64,000 nucleotides of DNA from Takakia lepidozioides (Eukaryota; Plantae; Bryophyta): contig CM060732.1 of the NCBI GenBank assembly GCA_030704615.1, positions 24,118,001 through 24,182,000 of the forward strand. The letters run 5' to 3'. A model generated the notes under the pieces. The model worked only from the letters and a program-made list of their open reading frames with translations, was not told the DNA's origin and ran no database searches. Positions within the stretch are counted from its first letter, which is position 1. Every line of letters starts with the position of its first letter. This document shows, piece after piece, positions 42,681-55,580 of the stretch. A program made the position numbers and the translations under genes.

Positions 42681-44350
42681 TTTTATTTTATTATTTTCCA
42701 AAATGTATTTGTCACCGCCACCGTGTCGGCGACGTGGCTGCTTAAGTGACAATATTTTACCTGATACTTTTTTTACTTGAATATTCCCGGAACCTGACGT
42801 GACGGAGGTCCCGTCAGCGTCAGGTCTGTCGTGACGTGACGCTGACTGACGGACGTGACGCTGATAACCGGGAGGGAGTATACTCTGGGGATACGGAAGT
42901 ATACTCCGGGGATCCGGGTGTATACTCAGAGGGGATTCCGGTGTATACGTAGGGTACATAGCGCAGAAATCATTTGATTCCGCCGATACTTCAGCTACAG
43001 GATCTCCGGAAGACCCTCCACAGTATTGTTCTAGAAAAGAACTTAAAGCTGCTGACCCGGGAGGAACGTCACAAAAATATCGTATTGGTGAATAATTGTC
43101 CTAATCGTCTGATTCAAGGGAGTAGGTGTCAGGCTCCTCTGTGGATGAAATTGTAGAAACTGGAGATGATCGAACATAAACTTGAAGTCCTTCGGAAGGT
43201 CTCGTCATAATAACCGCAGCTCCGCATTCGCCTTCTGTGGAGGGTGAAAGCGTTGTCTTGTGTCCGGTATGTTTCATCTCTTTCTTCTCCTTCATCGAAC
43301 ACGAATCCACCACACTGGAAGAATCATCAAGAACTCGTGCTCAGTTACAGACTGTACAGAATGAGACACGCGAAGAGCGCGCGATCGCGCGTATTTGGTC
43401 CACAGTTTTCCCTCCAATAACGTAAAATCCGATTTTAAGCAACAACGAGGTTGCTAAGCATGGCAAACAGAATCCATATCCATGACTCTGTTCTTTCTGT
43501 CATAGAAGAGTATCCTGACATCTGTTATCCCAAGAAAATTCTTCTGAGGTGTAGGAATTTCAGAACCACGTGCGATTGCGCGTTGTTGAGTTGAGGAACA
43601 GATGAACTAATTTCATCCCACTGGGAGAAATATACAGGAAAGACTATTAAAGGACATTGAGAACATTGAGGATTATCTAGCTGGGAGTCGTTTTTATTTA
43701 TATTTAGAATAAGATTGAAACGAAGAAGTCATACTACAACACATCTATATTCCAAATGTACGAATCAACCCATCATGAGAAGGATTGATATAGCTCACAC
43801 ATTCTGGGATATACTTCAAGATTTTATTTAACATCGCAAGTGTTAGATAATGTCTTGTGGTTTACATAACAAGAATTAAAATGCATTATGAGAGTCCAGT
43901 CAGAAAGTGGGAAATCATTTGGGTGTTTGTCGCTTCACCTAGGAGTGACCTTATTAATGTAAGAACAAAAACACGCGCGATCGCGCAATGTTCATTTGTT
44001 TCTAGAACATCCATATTCTGATAACTTGTTTTTTGTGCAAGGCTAGTCTTGTGGTCCACCCTGAACACCCCTCCCATCATACATAAGAGTGGTCATGCCA
44101 CCACATACAGGAACTATCGTACTCTGTGTGCACAGCAAGACTGATAAACACTACAACAGATTGCGGCTTTTATGACTTCCATGGGTGCGCAGTCATGACA
44201 GATTTGTGGCAGAAATGCCATTTGCAATCGTAAAATGCTTTTGAAGTCATAATGCAGGTCTGGGGAAGGCGAAAAAAGGAGACTCTGACCACTAGAATGA
44301 ATGTTAAAAAAACAAAAGAAAAACAAAGTGCAAAAAGATTTAAAAAAAAA

Positions 44351-44563
44351 CACATCGACTGGTAAGTGGCACAGTGTGTCGGCCTGGTGGTTTGGGGTTC
44401 AAACCCGCTGCCCTTATCCCGTGTGTGGGATTATTCGCGACGGTATGTCTGGGCGTTGATCGTCATGTAGGCCTTATGGCCCTTAAATGAAGGCGGGTGA
44501 ATTTTTCCCCCTCCTCAAGGGATTGTGGTTTCCTTTAAGAAAAGAAAAAAAAAAGAAAAAAAA
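44351..44563 (+). mobile_element. tRNA-derived SINE-like element
   Basis: A-box-like tcgactggtaag (~44355), B-box GGTTCAAACCC (44396-44406), ~130-nt body, A-rich tail 44537-44563. Confidence 0.65.
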
Positions 44564-45627
44564 TCAGAAAGGGGCTTTTAGGGTTTACAAAAAGGTTAAA
44601 AAACTTAAAAAGTTGCCCATCACGGTAGCGTGAACAAACTTAGAGCAAGCGGGAGGGAGAGAGAGAGAGATCTGGGACTTAGAGCGAGCGGGAGTGAGGG
44701 CAAACATGCATGGGAGGCCCGCAGTTGGAGCAACCTTCGCATCTGAAGCAATCAACCCTAGAAACGTTAGGGTATGTGTGGGAGAAAGAGCTTTCGCCAA
44801 AGTTCATGGCACATCCTTCTACGAGTGGATGGAGGATGCGGCTGGCCAGAGTGGAGTTGGCTAGAGCTATGGCCGTAGCAGCTTTGCAGAATAGTCTCGT
44901 CTCGTCCGTGTCTGTAGAATGTACGCTTAAGACATTGTTTGCCGTAGCACTGTAGCCATAGACCCTTGCGCCCAGTTTGGTCTGTTTGTGTTTAGAGAGG
45001 GAGGGAGAGATATGCCAAAATCATGACGACTGGAGATTTGTACTATTGGCATGTCTTGGAAAGGCTGCACTTTGATGTACATACATATGTATTTGGCAGG
45101 ATGGCGTTGTTGACATACAAGCACAAGACGCATGTGATTGACAGTGATGGCAGTGTACTCTCAAATGCAGACGTGGACTTTTACATTGATGATGTAAGCA
45201 TTTCCGACCTCCGTGTTTGTATGTAGGCACCTGTTTGAATGGTCGTACTAAGGCTTGTGTTTTAGTTTTTGAAGTACTGCTAGGAAGGTTTTATCATGAT
45301 TTTCAACTGAAGCTGGATGGGGTCTGATCCGTCAGGCTGTGTTAAGGGGATTTTGGTTTTTGAAGACTCGTCCTTTTGCTTGTGCAAGTGGCCTATTGTC
45401 AGCTATTCAGTTCACCACATGTTTTAGAGTATTGTTTCTGCTGTTTTGGGTTGTAGCTGATGCATGTTGGTGTCTTGGGGTGGACGTCCGGAGGTCTTCC
45501 TCCTCGGAAGCCTTCCTCCTCCTGGTATTCTTCTTGATGTTTCAAGGTTCTTGGGAGAGTCAGCTTGGTCTTAGCAGACAGTGTTTCAATCTCTGCCTGC
45601 TCATCTGCACCATGCTGGTTCTCACAG

Positions 45628-47075
45628 ACCAATCCGACATTACCTGACTACAAGACACAAGCAGTACACACAAGAGGTCCTTTTGGGTTGATGGTCGGTC
45701 AAATCCTCTATGGGTTCTTCTTCGACCTATTTCAGCATGTTTTGCCCTCTCATCAGACTCGGCCCTGAGATGCATATTGAATTATGTAAGTTAGCTCGTT
45801 GCTCATTGATAAGTAGGGTTGGGGGTGTTTGCTGTAATGATTGTTGTATGCATGATTTTGTGTAGAGGCATAGATAGCTGAAGGAGCAGGGATAGAGTGT
45901 GGAAGAGGGCCAGATTTGAAGCTCCAGATTATCTATGATTCCCTGTGGAAGGATAGATACAAGAAACCTGCATGGGTAGATGGTCAACTGGAAGCCGCAG
46001 CAGCAGCGACACAATTGATAAAATCAAGCACTGCTAATGAAGGCACCTTCTGAAACACATTTCACCCTATTTTCCCCTCTTATCAGAATCGGCCCTAAAT
46101 TTTCATGTTGAATTCTGTAAGTTAGCTGGTTGAGTGAATCTAGTTGGAGTGACTTTGACATGATACTGCCAATGTGATGACATCGTCCAAGCTGGAATTA
46201 AACAAATGTTGTTCTGAACTATGCCCTTGTGGACTTGTATGCCAAATTGGGGTGCATGGAGGATGATGATCCCATGATATGCACAACAGCGGCGCGGGAT
46301 GGAGGCCCTTTGGAGAGGTCTATGAGCAAGTGGTGTGGGAAGGGATACTGCAGCGCAACCACATCGCGTTTGTTACGTTTGCAACATGTGTGCAAGCCTG
46401 GCAGCCCTGCAAAATAGCAAAGAGGTTCGTGGTAACATCGTCCAAGCTGAAATTGTACTAGATGTCGATCTGAACTTTGACATGATACTGCCAATGTGAC
46501 AACAGGAAAGTATCCAGAAACAGGTCACGAAGACGAGGAGAAGTTGTGGAATGAATACTTTTCCAACCCCAGTCAATGGTGGGACAACCGAGGGAAAAAG
46601 GTTAATGCCTGTTAGATTATAGAGAGCAGACGCAATTCAGCATAGGAACTAGTGTGATAAGCTGAGTTGGGTGTTTCCTAGAACAAATCTAGGCTGTCAT
46701 TATCAGCTGCAAGGCAAGGAAGTATGCATGATTTGTGCAGAAGCAGTGATAGCTGAAAGAGCAGGGACAGAGTATGGGTCCAGATTCATCCAAGAGGGCC
46801 AGATTTCAAGCACATGATTACCTATGATTACCTGTGGATCAATAGCTATAAGAAACCTGCATGGGTAGATGGTGAATTGGAAGCCACAGGTGTAGCGGCA
46901 CAATTGATAAAATCAGGCACTGCTAATAAAGGCACCTTCTTCAACACATTTCACCCTGTTTTTCCCTCTTATCAAAACCAGCCCTAAATTTCAATGTCTG
47001 CAAGTTAGCTGGTTGAGTGAATCTAGTTTGGAGTGACTTTGACATTATATTGTCAATGTGACAACATGAAAGTAT
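45628..47075 (+). pseudogene. OSB-like (organellar ssDNA-binding, PDF-motif) gene or pseudogene with tandemly duplicated exon modules
   Basis: Exon 46506-46600 (KLWNEYFSNPSQWWDNRGKK) splices in frame to 46784 (IHPRGPDFKHMITYDYLWINSYKKPAWVDGEL). Second copy ~45900-46040 (GPDLKLQIIYDSLWKDRYKKPAWV). Third, frameshifted copy at 45628 (TNPTLPDYK...WVDGRSNPLWV). Upstream exons may begin near 44830. Confidence 0.72.
46178..46473 (+). pseudogene. PLS-class PPR gene fragment inserted in an intron of the OSB-like locus
   Basis: IVQAGIKTNVVLNYALVDLYAKLGCMEDD, YEQVVWEGI...FVTF, KEVRGNIVQAEIVLDV; flanked by a 26-bp direct repeat. Confidence 0.7.
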
Positions 47076-49487
47076 CGAAAAACAGTTAACTCTGCACAGA
47101 AGAGATGAAACTGACAGCCACCCACCAGCTACCTATGGAGTTATCACGAGCTCTTAAACATTCTCCCACCATCACTAACTTTCTGGCTTCACCGTTCCCC
47201 TTTTCTTGAACTATCTCTCATCCCCAAATTGCAAGTTCCATGGACATGAATGGATATATAACTACTCAGGCTGACTATGGTTTGTGCAATCTAATGTGCA
47301 GGGCAGGGTATGATTACACTCGACAGAAATCTGGTCATTTCTTTCTGTTACAACCTCATCTCTTAAGGCCTACTTCATCTCACTCAGGCAGCGGGCTGTC
47401 CCACTACAACTTCATGCATTCAGTCCCAACACTGCACAAATTTGATAAATGCAACATTTTCTCTCCTTGCTTCTCTTACTCTACTTTGTTCCAGACTGTA
47501 GATTCCATGGACCTGACAGGGCAGCACCACTCCAGTCTGTAATTTCACTCACCTAACCATATACAGGGTACCACGGAAATCTGACATTCCATTTGCTACA
47601 ACAAAATCAAAGTTGCAATTTCTCTCTAGGGTTTCATGACAAGAACAACAAGATCTCCCAAAGCGATAGATGACACTTCAACTTCTTTACTGCCAATCAA
47701 ATTCAACAGCCTGATTCAGGTGAACATCCCAACAGCCACTATATTTCACCCACAACCTACTTGCCCATTGCATCCTACCTTACCCTCCAACTGGCTTTGC
47801 TCAATCATTCACCTTCACTGCTTTCAGCCTCCCAATCACCCCAAAAACCTGCCATTCCACCTGCCTCGCAACCGCTTATATGCCTTTCTCTATCCCCTCT
47901 GGTGATGATCGTCTCGTCCCCTCTGGCAGTTTTTACAGACTGTCTTCATAACGCCGATGCTATCCTATCTTGGCCCTAAGATTATCTCTCAGACGCAGAT
48001 CATCCTCTGCTTTTCTAATCGAGCACTCCAGGCATCAAAGCCTCCTGCAGTTTCTAGATCTGCCATCATTCCCATATCATAAACGCTGCTCACGAGATTG
48101 CATGGACCCCTTAAATGACAAATGTTTATGCATATTGTATCAAATGAAGCACTCGCGATTGCGCGTGCTTCTTCAGACCATTCCCTTGCTGAAAGTGGTT
48201 ATTGACCTCGCTCCAAGACCTAACTAAACCATGTTTCGCAATATTATAACTGAAATAAACACAGGCAATCGCGTGAGGTTTCTGAGCACGTAATGCAGAT
48301 CTTGGAAATAATGTAGATAACCGAATCGAGCTAAAAACACAGTTTGGTATCTAGAACTGTATTTAGTAAATGAGTTTACGCGCGATCGCGCGTGAATGGA
48401 CTGTGTCATGGTACCTATACTGAGGCCTACACCATAGGCTGCAAAACCTAAACAGTTGCCAGCTGTACCTACGAACCCGAAGAAATCGAAATTCCTGATG
48501 TCTCAAATCCGGAGTCGTTCCTCAAGGAAAGCGTACATATCCCGAAATCGTCCATAATTCCCAATCCTTCTATCGACCATCCCTACTCTATAACCCTGTA
48601 ATCAATCCAAAAATCAAAACAAGCAATCAAAATAATCAAAACAAGCAATCATTCGCTCAAACAAGCAAACAATCAACCAAACAATCAATCAAGCATGCAA
48701 TTTCTATCTTCCTGCAATCTCTGCAGCCCACGGAAGAATCCCTCATTGCATGCACGAAGAAGACGAGAAAAAAGTTTACCTGCTTGATGCCATTTCAGGC
48801 AAGGATCCTCCCTGCAGGGCTGGATGAGCTCTCTCGCTCGGGTGCGCACAACAGCTTTCGGGATAACGTACTCTCTTGCTTTGCCCTCCTTTCACTCTGT
48901 CACACTCCCCCCGCACACGGTGAATCGCTCAAACCCACTCACACTCACTCCAACTCACGCTCCCTCGATCTCTCACTCTCTCGCTTCCTTGATCTCCACC
49001 TCTCTGCCTCCCTCGCTCTGTCGCTCTCTCTCGCACCTCTTCCCTGAGTCCAAAATTGAGCAGGGCTTCCGCGTGTCTCAAATGAATGCAAAAGGAGTCT
49101 CCTTTCGGTCACTCCTCCTTATATGCCTTACCACCTGTGATCTCAACCGTCGGCATTATGTCGCATCCGACGGTTTGTGGCCTCGATGCATGGATGAATG
49201 AAAAGCGGGATTTGTCGCACCGGTTCACTGAGGACCCCTAGATTTATGCAGGTACAATCAATGATGCGACATGACTGTCACTAATGAATGGACTCCACTA
49301 GTTTGTCCAGAGCGTTCCGGCGCGGCAATCCGACGCCTTTATAAAGTGAACTCCCTGGAATGATTGCGGGTTCCCGTGACGGCGCTCATCCATGGAGTTG
49401 AATCATCCACTAGGGCAGTTATTTCATCCAGTATACATCTGTTTCATCCGCGTAGGCTCTTACTTCATCGGGGGCTGAAAATCCATG

Positions 49488-49962
49488 AGCAGTGAGCTGT
49501 GAGCAGTGAGCAGTGATTGTCGAACGTCACCGAACCGCCCGGACATGTTTGCCGAACCACTTCCGAGATAGGTTCGAAGTTCGAGATAGGTTCGGTTTAT
49601 AGAATATTCCCATTTTGGATTTCAAATGAGATTTTTACTAAATTTATATTGCATATAATCCCTCAAATATTAAAGGTTCGGCACCGAACACCATTTCATA
49701 CACTAAATAAGGAAAAAAAATAATTTTTTTTTTAGAAAACGTAGGTGCCGGCACTGTTCGGCGCCGAACAGTGCCATGGGTTCGAAAGTGGTCCGAACTG
49801 GTTCGGCATAGGCTCGGCACAGGTTCAGAAGAATATTCCTCGACAGAATATTCTTCCACATAGGCTCGACACTGGTTTGGAAGAATATTTTTTTGAATAT
49901 TTGATATATTCCATGAATATTCCTTTAAGTTCGGCACTGTTCGGCAAAACCTGCTCACTGCT
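49488..49962. mobile_element. MITE with AGCAGTGAGC terminal inverted repeats and CCGAAC/GTTCGG subterminal repeats
   Basis: catg|agcagtgagc...gctcactgct|catg; many ccgaac/gttcgg motifs; no ORF. Confidence 0.78.
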
Positions 49963-51756
49963 CATGGAAAACTCAACTCTATTTCATCCAATGATAAATT
50001 ATTATTCATAGGTTCAATAATAACGTGTCGGGACGTGCATCTGGGATTTGATCGGTCTGACGTTTTCTCTACCTACACCTCATATACGGCCCCACGTTCA
50101 TTGTGGCTACTTAATGTCACCCTGCCATAGATGGCCGCCGGCTCATCACAATGGCCTTAAGAGGTGGCCACTTTCGTCGCTACTCCTTCTCTTGCATCAT
50201 TAATTCAACATTGGATTTGTTGCTTCTCTGGTGCTTTGGATGTCAGATTCCAGATCACGAATCAGTAAGTTATTCGCAGTGGCCACAATAACTTATGGAC
50301 CCCTTAATGATCGGAGGATTTCAGACTCCTACCTGAATTTTCTGCTCTGGAGGACACATAATAGCCACTAGATTACACGAAAGAGCATATCAAGGGCGAC
50401 ATGTGTCGATCCATGACACTCCAAACGCACCTCTGTAATGTGAACACGTCGACCTCAGACTGTTTGGAATCCGTATAAGAGCCTACCCTGTGCACGCATG
50501 CCATTTTTCCCTCTCAGTTGCTCTGGCTCGCTGATCTTCAGGACTGTCTGTCTTACGTTCATTCTTCCCTTTGTACTCCTATTAATATTGAGAGCCTCTC
50601 CACTTCATCTGGATTTCTCTTCTGTCTCTCTGCTCCTCTGTTCCCATCCACTGTCCGCAAAGATCTTACCTACACACCCGACCGTTTTATGTATTTTGAA
50701 TGATCACTCGCACTACAGCTGTTTCGTTCATCCATGTTTTCATTTATTCATCCATTTTCTTTGTTGTCATCCAAAACTCGTTTACCACGCGCGAACGCCC
50801 GTCGATTTAGTTCTAGTTCTGTTATGGAGTCGTAGACAATGTTGTACATTCAGGTCGAAGCTTTAGCAGATCCTTTTATTTTCTACAAATTTTTATTTCG
50901 ACCAATACAGACCTACATTCTACATTCTAGTACATAATTTGAGAGTCCGAGTTCATTCCTAAATCATTATAACCCTAAACGCGGGCGATCACGCGAGGTT
51001 TTTTTTCTTTTTTTTCTTCAGTTTTTTCTAAACAAACTTCAGTAACTTATTGTTTCACTCTTTCTTAGTGTCCATGTCATCTTTGTAAAACGATCTACAA
51101 TAACAAGGATTGAATCGGTGGTCTTGGAAATTGGACACTATACATTCGTGCCAAATCATTAATCACCAGCATCTCTACTGTAGAATACACGCGCGATCGC
51201 GCGAGGTTCGTCGAAATATCGTCGTTCCAAATTGGTCAAAAATTATTCCTCACTCTTCAGGGCTCAAATTCTATCGTCGCAACAACATAATTTCTCAACG
51301 TGACTGGTTGCTGAAGTTGCCATGGACGATAGCTAAACGGGTCCACAATATCTGTTGTTATAGTGTCTTGCGATCCGGCACATTCTTCTGTATCGTTGCC
51401 ATATCCGCATATGGATGCAGACTCTTTGGGAGAAGCAATCGGAACACCTGTCGTTTGGGATGTTGTGCAAATTCAAAACGATAGTGGGAATGACAAAAAG
51501 ACAATTCCAAAAAGATCAATACTCGCCTATCTCTGCAGGCAGTTTGAGAAGTCAGCAGCAAACAATGTTGCAATTTATAATGTTGCCAATATTTCGACTA
51601 GAGGAAAACACTCGCTATCCGAACCGCTTATTGGGGATCTTCTTACGACGAACGAAGATAGTTCGGTTTTGATGTGCCCAAAAGACGTCATCGAATCGAT
51701 GGGGTTTCGACAAAGACCTACATAACCATTGAGGGCGTTGATGTGTGTGAGACAGC

Positions 51757-53880
51757 TTGGTGGACAATTCACGGAATGGTCGGTCAACCTACATGGAATA
51801 CAAAAAGCTAAGCAGAGAGGGTGTGGTTACATCGTTGCACGGGAATTCCGGAGTGAAATGGCCCCGTCCACAAACTCGTCAAGCTAAAGGAAACTTAATG
51901 TTCATTATAAACGGAAATTCCGATCTCATGCCTCATAAGACCCGATGTATTGGAGACGAGCGGAGAGATACTCCTCGAGTTCTGCCACCTGAACTGAACT
52001 GGAAAAAAGTTCGTGAGGAGTGTAATGAGGTGAGTTCTTCTTTTGTTTACCACTTTCCGAATTCTATATTTTTTCGGTCCTTCGCTGTTTTGCTTCCACG
52101 CAATGTTTCAGACCTCTCACTATTAAAGCTCGGGCGATCGCACGAGGTTCATTTCCCCTTGTCTGTTTTGTAGGCGAATAAAATATGTGGGTTGAAGCCT
52201 ATCTCCCAGGCAGCTGTGAGCAGAATCAGACAACGGATTTTTCCCAATGTCGAGGTTAGAAAAAGTGGTAGCACGTTTGCCAAATGCACAGACTGTGAGA
52301 TGGTCAAAGACCTAATCAAGAAGTCGGTCAAACGTAGCGATGAGCAAGCCTCGCACAAGAAAACACTTGATAAGCACCTCAGGCTTCAGGAGTCTTGTAG
52401 AAGACTCTATCACAGCTGGAGGAATCAGTCAGCCACGATGCCGTCCGAGTTCCTCTGCATCATTTATGACAAGATGGATCATCGGAAAACAGCTATTCCA
52501 AGGTTGCAGACGACGAACAAGATGGTCTCCAGCTTAGGCCAACTTCCAATCTCGCTGATTGGCATGGTCACCTACGGCCACGAGGACGGAGCCTATGGAC
52601 AGTACTCTCTGAACTTCTGGCCGGGAGACCCGAACTTCACGATTGGCTCTCTGGCAAGATGCCTCCGCCAACTAGAGAAGCCCTCTTGCCGCGAAAGTCG
52701 TAACATCTTTGACCACCCATCTCATAATTCATTTTTCGAATATCTTATGAAGGGTAAATCGAGGTGTCTCGACGTTCTGAAACCTTTCGGCGATAAGAAG
52801 AAGAAAAAATGAAAAGTCCCTCTTCTGCGAAGCTGACTCTACCTGCAGTTGGACAACTGCATAAAGAAAAACAAAAACAAGTGGATGCTGACTTTTCTGT
52901 CGCTCCTAACTGCGAAAGGAATGTTTGAGGAGATTCGGATGAGATTTCTCATGGTCGACCACACCATGAGGACATCAACGGATTCTTCAGTTATTTATCG
53001 AAGAAGCTGAAGCAAAACAACACCTACGTTCTCTCCGATCTTATGAGGTTTTTTATGATCTCTCAAGATCTACAATTTATTCCTCAAATCATTCAAGAAG
53101 TGCCAGATTTCAAGGCGTATGTGGATGGTTGCTGGAAAATAAGCTTTAGTTGGGCAAACAAAAATGCATGTATTACGATTCTATATAGATGAAAATGGGT
53201 GACATGTCATGAAGTTTAAGAAGTTTGCTACTGATTCTGAGTGGCTCCCCAAAAAAGGCGCGGTGAAGATGTGGAAGTCGAATCCCGATGGATCTCCAAA
53301 GTTGTCTGTTGCAATACAACCCAGGGCTGTAAAAAAAACACCAATTTGGGGTGTGGGAGATGGCTCATCCGATAAACAATCATTTATCAAAACTGGAATT
53401 AAAATAAATACAGGGAGTTCTGGAAGAAGGGGATGTTGCTTGACGATCATTATCGTGACATTATGATGCAATATGATCAATACTGGGAAGCAATCCTTGC
53501 AGAACTTGATCTTCCCATTCCAGTTGAATCACGACATTCAATCGCGCTTAAAGAGGGTTTTTGGCCCTCAACCAAGTGGGCTGTCAACCACCACAGAGCC
53601 GGAATCCATACACCTGCAGAGGATGATCTGTCGGAAGTAGATGAAGTGCTGGAGCCATATTGTGGCCCCGGTGTGATAGACCGAAGCAGCCTCTAAATCC
53701 GTTCAAGGATATTGAGAACGGATTCTTCGTCTTGGTTCGACCAGTAGATACTGTGACGTTCCAGTCTAGATGGGGATGGCAATATCGGATGTGGTCCGCG
53801 ACAGATGATCCAGGAATTTTAAGAAGGTTCACGTCGAATGGTGGAGACCCAAGAAAGGAGGTAGCCCTTCCGATTTGAAC
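51757..53880 (+). mobile_element. Degenerate DNA-transposon transposase (DUF7869-like, possibly Sola superfamily) with an intron at ~52030-52172
   Basis: FAKCTDC...HLRLQ, CIIYDKMDHRKTAIPR, LYLQLDNCIKKNKNKW, FLMVDHT(H)EDI.GFFS; several frameshifts. Superfamily assignment is tentative. Confidence 0.72.
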
Positions 53881-54774
53881 AGGTACAGAGATTGTTGGTC
53901 CAAAGTTTGGGAGTTCAATCCAGATGATCCCCCTCAGTAGATTCACATTAACTCTGTCGTTTGGACAATGTCCGCCAGAAAAAACACGACATGTAATAGC
54001 TCTAAGAAAATTACCGTCGTGGAGGCGGAGAAAGCACGAGAAAATCTGGATGAGGCCAATCAACAGTCAGACAATGAAGACAATGCAACCTCTGGCGGAG
54101 AACAAGGTTGACAAGGACATATTGTGGAGGTTCACTCCTCGGCATGTTTTCAAGAATAAAACTAATGTTTTACCTTCACTCTCCAGTTGTTTCTCTTCAC
54201 GTGTTCAAATATTAGTCTATCTTCTTTGCCAGCCACCAGCTTTTCTCCGGACCTCATCTCTGTAACGTTTCAAGAACCTTGAGTGATCATCTGGAGTTCC
54301 TAGTTTTTCTGATATCACTGCTTCATTCTCTTTGCGGTTCCTTTCTCACATTACACCCATTTCTTTTGATTTTCACCAAAGTGTCTTCTCCTCAACAGAT
54401 TCGCCTATGTCCTTCATTCTCGGTCCACATGGTCGTATTGTTGGGCCCAATATGATTGGTCTAAAAAACGTCCTGAGTATAAACCGCGTGGCAATTTTTG
54501 AAAGTTGTTGCTTCATTGTGAATCTTCTCCCATTACTCATCAGTAGCTTTCTGTAAGTCTGGCTCCAAGTACAAAGTTACATTTCTTTCATTGCCTTTTC
54601 GGATTATCTTAAGATTCTTCTCAATTTTCTTCGTCACTAATCAGTCCTGAACCTCGCTTTGCCACCCGTTATTCCGTGTCATCTCAGGTCAATTTATCTC
54701 GGGTCTGTTTATCTTATTAGGACCTTCTAAAGACAATACTTCTGGGGCCTTCAGTCCTTACATTGTCCTCACCT

Positions 54775-55580
54775 TAAACCGTATACCCTAAACCTAATTC
54801 GAATGTTCGATGCGCATTCTTCAAGGGTTACAAGGTTGGGCATAATAGAATGGCCCTTGGGATATTTCATTCAAGTCTAATTTCTTAGGTGACAAGTCAC
54901 TTGTACATTTTCCCAAATTTTTTGGTCCATTCATACCGAGTAGTATGTTTACTACACTACTCAACTCCGTACCCTAATTTAATTTATTGCTTCCAGTTTT
55001 GGGTGCGGTCAAAGTGGAGGGGATATTTCCTGAATTGTTGTACGACCTCTATGTAAAGACTTACATTCCATAATTGTTTGTCCATTTATAGTTCTCTAAA
55101 CCTAAACCCTACGCCCTCAAACGTAACTCCATTGTTTGATGCGCATTCTTCATAGATTAGATATAATCTGTGGTTGGGAACCCTAAATCATAGGTGACAA
55201 GTCATCTGTACACTTCCAAATATTTTCTTTTCCATTCATACCGAGTACTATGGTTAGTACCTTCGCAAACTCTATACCCTAAAACCTAATTTCAATGTTT
55301 GATGCTTATTTAATTTATTACTTCCAATTTTGGGTACGGTCGAAGTGGTGGGGATAATATTTCATGAATTGTTCTACGTATGGGTAAACTCAAACTCCAT
55401 AATTGTTTGTCCATTTACAGTTTTCTAAAACCCTAAACCCTAAACCAAACTCCACTATTTGATTCACATTCCTCATAGAAATTTGGATACAATCTGTGGT
55501 TGGGATATTTCATTAACAAATTTTCATAGGTGCCAAGTCATCTGTACCCTTTCCCATATTTTCTTTTCCATTTATACCAA
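54775..55580. repeat. ~320-bp tandem repeat (~2.5 copies) with embedded CCCTAAA motifs
   Basis: taggtg.caagtca..tgtac at ~54887, ~55191 and ~55527; ccataattgtttgtccattta at ~55068 and ~55397. Confidence 0.85.

Noticed and set aside
54775-55450. Interstitial telomere array
   Set aside because: Only one or two CCCTAAA units at a time, embedded in a larger tandem repeat.
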